Shown piece after piece: positions 1-6,872 of a stretch of DNA of 28,023 bases. Every line of letters begins with the position of its first letter. The first letter of the stretch is position 1. The DNA lies in IMG/VR virus record IMGVR_UViG_3300032274_000036, positions 1-28,023 of that record. One strand, given 5' to 3'. The notes beneath the pieces were generated by a model. It was not told the DNA's origin. It did no database searches and was given only the letters and a program-made list of their open reading frames with translations. The DNA comes from a virus. Taxonomy: Duplodnaviria > Caudoviricetes. The position numbers and the translations under genes are program-made.

Positions 1-145
1 ATCAGCTGCACTTAGATCAGCTCCAATTAGATTAGCCCAACTTAGATTAGTTGTACTTAGATCAGCTGCACTTAGATCAGCTCCACGTAGATCAGCTGAA
101 TATAGATCAACTCCACGTAGATCAGCTACACGTAGATTAGCTCCA
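1..145. repeat. 15-bp-period tandem repeat encoding the pentapeptide units
   Basis: Units like ATCAGCTGCACTTAG / ATCAGCTCCACGTAG; 1-25 is identical to 61-85. Confidence 0.9.
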
Positions 146-177
146 GGCTTTATCGTGTATCCATTCACAATCATCAT
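1..177 (-). CDS. Pentapeptide-repeat protein, 5' part (runs off the window edge)
   Basis: Not in the ORF track. Manual translation from ATG at 177 (AGGAG RBS just upstream): MMIVNGYTIKPGANLRVADLRGVDLYSADLRGADLSAADLSTTNLSWANLIGADLSAAD, an A(D/N)Lxx repeat. Confidence 0.9.
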   Translation of the reverse strand, partial: MMIVNGYTIKPGANLRVADLRGVDLYSADLRGADLSAADLSTTNLSWANLIGADLSAAD

Positions 178-338
178 TCATTCTCCTTTGCAGGCTCATC
201 AATTATCCAACGCTTCAACACCTGAACCTCACCACACCTACCACCAAGCGTGCCTTGTAGCCAATGCTGCCAATAAGCAGAGGTACACATGTTACTTAAC
301 GGTGCGTCAACCATGACTAACATACGTGTCTTCTTCAT
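174..338 (-). CDS. Small hypothetical early protein (54 aa)
   Basis: Manual translation MKKTRMLVMVDAPLSNMCTSAYWQHWLQGTLGGRCGEVQVLKRWIIDEPAKENE. GAGGAG RBS upstream; its TGA overlaps the next ATG (ATGA coupling). Confidence 0.7.
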   Translation of the reverse strand: MKKTRMLVMVDAPLSNMCTSAYWQHWLQGTLGGRCGEVQVLKRWIIDEPAKENE

Positions 339-343
339 ACGTT

Positions 344-553
344 CTACTCCTCACTGTCTCCATCATACTCAAACTTTTGCACTTCATTTTTCAAGAATGA
401 CAACACCATGACAGCCAAGTCATGACTACCATAGAGGTGCATGATATGTGAATGGTTGTTACAGTTGAACTGATACGTAGCCATCGTGCTACCACTGGCA
501 TCATTGACCTTCACCATTTTCCACTCAGGGTTACGCAGTGTCAAGTGTGACAT
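344..553 (-). CDS. Small hypothetical early protein
   Basis: ORF track 344-580; start moved to ATG at 553 (MSHLT), which follows an AAGGAG RBS. Confidence 0.7.
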   Translation of the reverse strand: MSHLTLRNPEWKMVKVNDASGSTMATYQFNCNNHSHIMHLYGSHDLAVMVLSFLKNEVQKFEYDGDSEE

Positions 554-606
554 ACTAGTCTCCTTCTGGGTTGCGTTCACGAGTGTGCACCGTAGTCACT
601 GATATA

Positions 607-1134
607 CTATGCTACTTCTAAGTCAGGCCGGTTAGTTTTAATGAACTTCTTAGCTTTACTAAGGGCCTCAGTTGCAGCGTTGTCTGCCGGTTTCTCTTTA
701 TCACTAGAATATTTGTTGACCACCCGAAGGATAGCCTTCCACATATCATCCGACTGGAAGACATGCTCTTCATCGTTGTTCGCAGACAGGTCAAAGAAGT
801 CAGCCTTCAAGGCACCTTCCAAGTCCAATTCGACTGCGTTCTTACTCTTGTCTTTGACTAGTTTCTTCACATCGAGCACACCACTATCATTCTTAGGATG
901 CGTGATCGGTGCGAAAGCAGTGAGATAAGTGAGATAACCTGAACGCTTCACCACACCACTGCGTGACTTGTCATTCAAGCTATCAAGGATACGCTGGCAC
1001 GGACCAAGGTTGCCGCTTTCAGCAAACTCAACCATAGCCAAGTGACTTGCCTTGACATAGTTCTTGCGTGCGTTAGCGAGCTGACCTTCAGCCCTAGTGA
1101 CCAGTGCGACTACTTGCTTTTCACGTGTTGACAT
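607..1134 (-). CDS. Hypothetical early protein (175 aa)
   Basis: Long ORF, AAGGAAGG RBS, protein-like composition; no recognisable motif. Confidence 0.8.
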   Translation of the reverse strand: MSTREKQVVALVTRAEGQLANARKNYVKASHLAMVEFAESGNLGPCQRILDSLNDKSRSGVVKRSGYLTYLTAFAPITHPKNDSGVLDVKKLVKDKSKNAVELDLEGALKADFFDLSANNDEEHVFQSDDMWKAILRVVNKYSSDKEKPADNAATEALSKAKKFIKTNRPDLEVA

Positions 1135-1140
1135 TTGTTA

Positions 1141-1204
1141 TAGTCCTTCCTTGTTGCCTCTACACTGGCCACTATTGACCAGTGTCAATACAATTGAGGG
1201 ACTA
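1141..1204 (-). promoter_or_regulatory. Long irregular hairpin over the RBS of the 175-aa gene; RNase III-site-like
   Basis: Minus RNA: ACACUGGUCA-AUAG-UGGCCAGUGU (10 bp, one U-G) above an internal loop, with basal UAGUCC/GGACUA. Confidence 0.55.
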
Positions 1205-1207
1205 CGA

Positions 1208-1645
1208 TGCACACACGAGAGCACAACCACAAAGTTAAACCCATAAGCGCACTAGGTTCACACCCTAAAGCAGGTAACTCTACGTTGTTCACAGTTGGCA
1301 CATGCTAGACACACTTAGCTTGTTAGCTGCGTCACCATGACGTAGGTCCGTAGAGGCCCACTAAACTAAGCTCACCCTAGTTTCCTTGCGTCCTTGGGCC
1401 TATGATGCACGCTGTCACCTAGCACGTTTACACTTACTAGCCATGCAACTAAGGCTTGGACTTCATTGCTTGGGTTTATAGACCTAGGCATTTCACTTAC
1501 CTACGGTCACACCAACGCTTACGATATGATCTCCTACGCTGTAACAGTGTAGGCTACTTAGCACTTATTAGGTGCTAAGATGTCTCTACTGTTTCAACGA
1601 TGGGCCGCGTTGGTCACGCTAACCCTATGATGATGGCACGTTGCC
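1208..1645 (-). ncRNA. Candidate large structured non-coding RNA (family not recognised)
   Basis: No ORF of 60 aa or more in an otherwise densely coding genome. Nested helices: 1611-1620/1220-1229, 1482-1487/1252-1257, 1467-1474/1263-1272, 1443-1450/1293-1301, 1417-1425/1302-1310, 1395-1400/1355-1360, 1376-1383/1363-1370. Their wobbles are G-U on the minus strand. Confidence 0.6.
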
Positions 1646-1646
1646 G

Positions 1647-1862
1647 CTACCGTGCCTTACGATGTATCCTTGCGGCAGTCTTCCCGTTGTATTCCCATTT
1701 GTGAGACGTTGCAACTAAGCCTATTTGACCTATATCACGTCCCATGTAGGAAGTCAAACTAGGATGGCAACTTAGGGTGCCAGCGTTGCGCCCTTTGGAG
1801 ACAACGCTAGACAGCATTGCTGCTCTCTTGGCTTGTCTTTCTCTTTTGCCTAGTCTAGCCAT
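1647..1862 (-). CDS. Small basic Arg/Lys-rich protein (71 aa), first gene after the leftward promoter
   Basis: AAGGA RBS; N-terminus MARLGKRERQAKRAA, C-terminus ARIHRKAR. Confidence 0.7.
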   Translation of the reverse strand: MARLGKRERQAKRAAMLSSVVSKGRNAGTLSCHPSLTSYMGRDIGQIGLVATSHKWEYNGKTAARIHRKAR

Positions 1863-1896
1863 CCTGTTTGTTCCTTGCTTGATCTTCTATAGTGTT

Positions 1897-1925
1897 AATG
1901 TAGGGCATCGGAGTCCCATAGTCAA
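1897..1925 (-). promoter_or_regulatory. Sigma70-type leftward (early) promoter
   Basis: Minus strand TTGACT (1925-1920), 17-bp spacer, TACATT (1902-1897), with AT-rich sequence upstream. Confidence 0.7.
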
Positions 1926-2170
1926 GCATAAAAGAGCAATAAAGTAGAAATAATATAGAGGCAATGTTGTAGGCAATAGTGCATGTATATTTACATGTAT
2001 TATTGAGGACACTAGTGCCAGCAATGTCTACGGTGGTTATGGTGGGGCATATTTGCAACACATCGTTACGCTATCGTAACAATCATGTTCACCGGATGAA
2101 CACGGATGCCAAGGTAGAACACCGGAGCCAGTGTAGTTTATTATATATGCATAGTTGACTATAGTGAACA

Positions 2171-2194
2171 GGGGTGGGTAAGGGGGCTAGGGGG
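2171..2194 (+). other. G-quadruplex-forming motif
   Basis: GGGG-T-GGG-TAA-GGGGG-CTA-GGGGG: four runs of three or more G with 1-3 nt loops. Confidence 0.55.
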
Positions 2195-2462
2195 TCTACA
2201 GTGTGTGTTTTACTGATGCCTACATTATCTCACCATAATCCTCTGTAGTCCCATATAGGTATTAGTGTAATATCTACGGGAGTACACCAGTGAGTAGTGA
2301 TGCCCCCTATAGTGCACTACAGAAGAACAACATAGGCAACTTAGGCAGTAGTGTACACATAGTGTATTACAACAACCTAGTATCCTCTATAGAAGGTACT
2401 ATAGTGTATATAGGATGTTGGTGTTCACTTTCAACCCCTATAGGCAACTTTATTTTAGGGGG

Positions 2463-2491
2463 TTGACATCTAGTGTTGGGTGTGCTATACT
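2463..2491 (+). promoter_or_regulatory. Sigma70-type promoter for the packaging/structural arm
   Basis: TTGACA (2463-2468), 17-bp spacer, TATACT (2486-2491), plus extended -10 TG at 2483-2484. Confidence 0.85.
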
Positions 2492-2527
2492 AAGGGTACA
2501 ATGCAACTTCAATAGGGAGCACATAGA

Positions 2528-3130
2528 GTGCAATTCGAGCTAGAGTATCCAGAACACCTAGGTAAACACAAGACTCACACTGGGATCTTCCTTACTCAGA
2601 GCCTCTTCCGAGAGAAGTATTTGCACATAAAGACTGGTGTCGAACCCCTCTGGTGTCTCTCAGATAGTGACCCCTATTGGATTCAAGTGAAGCACACTGA
2701 TGAACAAGGTCGTCATTGGGACGAGGATGGCAACGAAGTCAACATTGTCCCATCCTTGAAGCGTCTCTATATCGAATGTATGGACCCTACAGAGTACGCC
2801 TGTGCCATGAGAGCCTTCGGTAGTTGGAAGCTATGGCAGAAGCTTAAGGGTACTAAATGGTTCTGTGAACACGTAGACCTCTGGAACATCGAACTAGAAG
2901 TAGCTATGCGCTCTAAAGGTATCAACGTTATCATCGATGAAGTAGCTAAGTCAGGTAGATCTAAATATGCTGCAGCTAAGTGGCTAGCAGAAGCTGGATA
3001 CAAGGAAGCACGTAGAGGTAGGCCAACCAAGGATATGCAACAGAAGGAAGACTTGATTGCTTCACAGTTACAAGAGAGAACTGAAGAAGATGCTGCCAGA
3101 ATAGGTTTGATAGTAGACAACGTAGGATGA
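2528..3130 (+). CDS. Probable terminase small subunit
   Basis: Directly upstream of and coupled (ATGA) to TerL; helical, with a basic RRGRP C-terminal patch; GTG start after GGGAG. Confidence 0.65.
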   Translation: MQFELEYPEHLGKHKTHTGIFLTQSLFREKYLHIKTGVEPLWCLSDSDPYWIQVKHTDEQGRHWDEDGNEVNIVPSLKRLYIECMDPTEYACAMRAFGSWKLWQKLKGTKWFCEHVDLWNIELEVAMRSKGINVIIDEVAKSGRSKYAAAKWLAEAGYKEARRGRPTKDMQQKEDLIASQLQERTEEDAARIGLIVDNVG

Positions 3131-4704
3131 ACAAAGACGACTACAGGCCTCCTATGTCTGATCAGATGCTAGCCATCAGAGAGGCAGCAGAGTCAGACCT
3201 AGCCACCTTCATTAAGCTAGTACATCCTCTTACCGTGTTGGGTGCAGTACACGAAGACTGCATCTCTTGGTGGGAACGTCCTACAGCTAAAGACCAGCAA
3301 CTTGTACTACTACCTAGAGACCATCAGAAGTCAAGACTGCTAGCATACAGGGTTATTAGGCATCTAGTGCTCTACCCTGATCATCGTGTTCTCTACCTGA
3401 GTAGCACCTCAGGCCTAGCTGAGAAGCAACTTAAGTTTATGAAGGACATCTTAGAGTCTAACATATTCCGTAGGTACTGGCCTGAGTACGTCCACAAGCA
3501 GGAGGACAAACGTGAGAAGTGGACAGCAACAGAGGTCTCCATTGACCACCCTTTACGCAAGATTGAGGGTGTTAGAGATCCTTCCATTATCACTGGTGGT
3601 CTTACTACTAGCATTACAGGACTTCATTGCGATGTTGCAGCACTGGATGATGTGGTTGTCCAAGAGAATGCCTACACTAGGGATGGCAGAGATAAGGTCA
3701 AGACTCAGTATAGCCTACTTAGCTCTATTGAATCTGGTGAAGCAAAGGAGTGGGTGGTAGGCACACGCTATGATCCTCGTGATCTCTACAATGATATGAT
3801 GGAGATGCAAGAGGAGATCTTCGATGCCAACGGTGAAGTCGTAGGAACTGAGCCTGTCTATGAGAAGTTCGAGAAGCAAGTAGAGGACTCAGGTATAGGT
3901 ACTGGTGAGTTCCTGTGGCCTAGGCAGCAACGCTACGATGGCAAATGGTTTGGCTTTGATCAACGTATCCTAGCTAGGAAGAGAGCCAAGTATCTCAATA
4001 GGACTCAGTACTACGCTCAGTATTACAACAACCCCAATAACCCTGAAGGCTCTGGTGTATCCAAAGAGTACTTCCAGTACTACGATAAAGCCTTCTTGAA
4101 GCAAGAGATGGGTAACTGGCATTACCAGAACAAGAGACTCAACGTTGTAGCAGCTATTGACTTTGCATTCTCCCTTACCAAGAAAGCTGACTTCACTGCT
4201 CTCGTAGTTGTAGGGATAGACTCAGATGGTTTTATCTATGTGTTAGATATTGATAGATTCAAGACTGACAACATAACAGATTACTTTAACACCATCCTTA
4301 GGTCCCATGTCAAGTGGGGATACAGGAAGCTCAGAGTTGAGACTGTAGCAGCACAGAAGATGATCGTAGAGGAACTCAAGAGGTCCTACATTAGGCCCAA
4401 CGGGTTAGCTCTAGCCTTGGATAGCCATAGTCCCAATAGAGCCTCTGGTGCCAAGGAAGAACGTATAGCTGCAATGTTGAATCCACGCTACGAGAATAAC
4501 TCCATCTGGCACTACAGAGGTGGTAACTGTTCTCTCCTAGAAGATGAGTTAGTAGTTGAGCGCCCTCCTCATGATGATATCAAGGATGCTCTAACAGCAG
4601 CAGTAGAGATAGCTGTACCTCCTTCGAACATGGGTGCTTCAGCTAACCGTAGACACAAAGAAAAGATTAAATACCATAGCAGATTTGGAGGAGTAGCAGC
4701 GTAA
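3127..4704 (+). CDS. terL: Terminase large subunit
   Basis: Walker-A-like LLPRDHQKS, Walker-B-like AALDDVV, coupling motif VGTRY, RNase H-fold nuclease motifs AAIDFAFS..DFTA and HDDIKDAL. Confidence 0.95.
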   Translation: MNKDDYRPPMSDQMLAIREAAESDLATFIKLVHPLTVLGAVHEDCISWWERPTAKDQQLVLLPRDHQKSRLLAYRVIRHLVLYPDHRVLYLSSTSGLAEKQLKFMKDILESNIFRRYWPEYVHKQEDKREKWTATEVSIDHPLRKIEGVRDPSIITGGLTTSITGLHCDVAALDDVVVQENAYTRDGRDKVKTQYSLLSSIESGEAKEWVVGTRYDPRDLYNDMMEMQEEIFDANGEVVGTEPVYEKFEKQVEDSGIGTGEFLWPRQQRYDGKWFGFDQRILARKRAKYLNRTQYYAQYYNNPNNPEGSGVSKEYFQYYDKAFLKQEMGNWHYQNKRLNVVAAIDFAFSLTKKADFTALVVVGIDSDGFIYVLDIDRFKTDNITDYFNTILRSHVKWGYRKLRVETVAAQKMIVEELKRSYIRPNGLALALDSHSPNRASGAKEERIAAMLNPRYENNSIWHYRGGNCSLLEDELVVERPPHDDIKDALTAAVEIAVPPSNMGASANRRHKEKIKYHSRFGGVAA

Positions 4705-6572
4705 TGGCAGGACGAACTATTGATGTGATGGATAAGATCGAAGGTGTCGACTCATTCGCACAGCAGATCGCTAATCAGTATCAGGACTGGCAGAACCTGC
4801 GTGACTCATGGTTGGATGAGAAGCGTGAACTACGGAACTACCTGTTTGCAACTGATACCACCACTACCGCAAACAAGACACTCCCGTGGCGCAACAGTAC
4901 TACGCGGCCTAAGCTGACACAGATCAGGGATAACCTAGAGTCCAACTACATGTCTGCTCTGTTTCCTAATGATGATTGGCTAACGTGGATCGCAGATGAT
5001 CAAGATAGCGCTAAGAAGGAAAAGGTAGATCTCATCCAGAGCTACATGCGTTCTAAGACTAGGCCTACTGTGAGCCCCTTCAGGGAGATCATGCATAGTT
5101 TAGTGTTGGACTTCATTGACTACGGTAACGCCTTTGCTACTACCGAGTACGTCAATGAGACACGGCGTATCGTACCGTTGACAGCTGAGGTAGAAGCAGA
5201 ACAAAACGGAGATCAAGAAGAGGATGTACCGGGCTACGTTGGCCCTATGCCTGTTCGTATCTCTCCTCTTAGGATTGTGTTCAACCCAGCTGCACCCACA
5301 TGGGATAGCTCCCCTAAGATCCTTAGGTCAGTTAAGTCCATCGGTGAAGTCTACAAGGACCTAGAAGAGCGTCCTGCACTAGAGTACCAGAGAGATATCC
5401 TAGACCTAGTTAAGCAGAACAGAGAGAAGCTCAAGGCTGTCTCCCGTGATGATCGTATCATGTCTGAAGGGTTCGTCATGGATGGCTTCTCGGACATGCA
5501 CCACTATTACAGCAGCAACAGTGTTGAACTTCTAGAGTTCATTGGAGATATCTATGATGTTCACAATGATAAGCTTTACACTAATCATATTATTACTGTC
5601 ATCGATAGGCTTCATATACTCCGTGTTGTCCCCAATCCTACATGGCGTAAGAACCTCATTAGGCATGTCGGTTGGCGTAACCGCCCTGATAACCTCTATG
5701 CTATGGGGCCCTTGGATAACCTTGTCGGTCTACAGTACAGGATAGACCATTTAGAGAACCTTAAAGCTGATGCCTTCGATCAGATTGCATTGCCTCTAGT
5801 GAAGATCAAAGGGTTCGTAGAGGACTTCGACTTCGCTCCCGGTGAACGTATCTACACTGGTGAAGATGGTGACGTTGAGTTCTTGAGGCCAGAGACTGGT
5901 GTCCTACAGGCTAACCTAGAGATCAGGGAGCTAGAGGATGAGATGGAGATGATGGCTGGTGCACCTAAGGAAGCAATGGGTGTACGTACCCCAGGAGAGA
6001 AGACAGCCTTTGAGTTCTCTAGGTTGGATGCAGCAGGAGCTAGAACGTTCCAGCGTAAGATCAATGACTTTGAAGTCTTTATGGAACGTATCCTGAATGA
6101 CATGCTAGAGACATCTAGACGCAACATGAACACAGAAGACTTGGTTGCCTCTGTAGACAACGACCAAGGAACTATGTTGTTTCAGACAATCACCAAGGCA
6201 GACTTGACAGCCAAGGGCCAGATCTTCCCTATTGGTGCACGGCACTTCGCAGCCGAGGCTAACCAGCTACAAAACATGGTGCAGTTCGCTAATAGTGCCT
6301 TAGGGCAGGACCCATCCGTTAAGGTACACATCAGTGGTATCGGTATTGCTAAGGCAGTAGAGAGACTACTTAACTTTGAGAAGTTCAACCTTGTATCCAA
6401 GAATGTACAATTAGCAGAGAACGCTGAATCACAGCAGTTCGCAGCTGGACTAGAGAGACAGTTGGGTATCGATGAACAGCTAGAGAACGAAGACGCTATA
6501 GCGGCATCAGAAGAAGAAGAAGGAGAAGATCTAGATGAGTCTGAACTCCCATTGGACGAAGCACCTATCTAA
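4704..6572 (+). CDS. Portal (head-tail connector) protein
   Basis: 622 aa directly after TerL; portal-like segments (DFIDYGNAF, YAMGPLDNLVGLQYRID, EMMAGAPKEAMG..TPGEKTAFE); acidic tail. Confidence 0.88.
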   Translation: MAGRTIDVMDKIEGVDSFAQQIANQYQDWQNLRDSWLDEKRELRNYLFATDTTTTANKTLPWRNSTTRPKLTQIRDNLESNYMSALFPNDDWLTWIADDQDSAKKEKVDLIQSYMRSKTRPTVSPFREIMHSLVLDFIDYGNAFATTEYVNETRRIVPLTAEVEAEQNGDQEEDVPGYVGPMPVRISPLRIVFNPAAPTWDSSPKILRSVKSIGEVYKDLEERPALEYQRDILDLVKQNREKLKAVSRDDRIMSEGFVMDGFSDMHHYYSSNSVELLEFIGDIYDVHNDKLYTNHIITVIDRLHILRVVPNPTWRKNLIRHVGWRNRPDNLYAMGPLDNLVGLQYRIDHLENLKADAFDQIALPLVKIKGFVEDFDFAPGERIYTGEDGDVEFLRPETGVLQANLEIRELEDEMEMMAGAPKEAMGVRTPGEKTAFEFSRLDAAGARTFQRKINDFEVFMERILNDMLETSRRNMNTEDLVASVDNDQGTMLFQTITKADLTAKGQIFPIGARHFAAEANQLQNMVQFANSALGQDPSVKVHISGIGIAKAVERLLNFEKFNLVSKNVQLAENAESQQFAAGLERQLGIDEQLENEDAIAASEEEEGEDLDESELPLDEAPI

Positions 6573-6807
6573 GGATGACTATGAGAATCAAGCAGAATAT
6601 GATAAGGCACTAAAGGAAGTAGGATCTTTATTCTCTAACTCGGATAGGTTCAGGGAAGTCTTATATACTATCCTAGGTAAGCGATCAAAAGAGAAAGAAC
6701 AACAGTTAGAGTATGATAGCCCTGGTTGGCCTTATAAGAGAGCAGCACAGGACGGGTACATACAGGCGATGAAAGATATACAGAAGCTTTTAATGGTTGA
6801 CAAGTGA
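6535..6807 (+). CDS. Small hypothetical protein between portal and scaffold
   Basis: 90-aa ORF, AAGGAG RBS, YDSPGWPYKRA segment; position typical of this gene order. Confidence 0.75.
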   Translation: MSLNSHWTKHLSKDDYENQAEYDKALKEVGSLFSNSDRFREVLYTILGKRSKEKEQQLEYDSPGWPYKRAAQDGYIQAMKDIQKLLMVDK

Positions 6808-6830
6808 GTTCCTATAGTGTATACTATAGG
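6797..6830 (+). promoter_or_regulatory. Sigma70-type promoter with a palindrome over the -10 box
   Basis: TTGACA (6797-6802), 17 bp, TATACT (6820-6825); inverted repeat CCTATAGT-gtat-ACTATAGG (6811-6830). Confidence 0.85.
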
Positions 6831-6872
6831 TAATAATAGAGTTCAAACACTATCCAAGGAGGACCATATCCT

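Larger units (their letters stand above)
1887..2406. repeat. Dispersed CTATAGTG motif cluster
   Basis: Exact copies at 1887, 2159, 2307 and 2399; near-copy CTACAGTG at 2196; another exact copy at 6812. Confidence 0.75.

Noticed and set aside
1-145. CRISPR-like repeat array
   Set aside because: 15-bp period with no unique spacers; fully explained by pentapeptide coding.
1372-1491. 39-aa minus-strand ORF (MPRSINPSNE...) inside the structured region
   Set aside because: Weak RBS, buried in helices, covers about a quarter of the gap; not strictly excluded.
1208-1645. tRNA, tmRNA, RNase P RNA or hammerhead ribozyme identity for the structured region
   Set aside because: No T-loop/CCA end, no RNase P GAGGAAAGUCC motif and no CUGANGA core found on either strand.
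1855-2061. 68-aa minus-strand ORF from the track
   Set aside because: Overlaps the sigma70 promoter and AT-rich upstream DNA, no clear RBS, odd composition.
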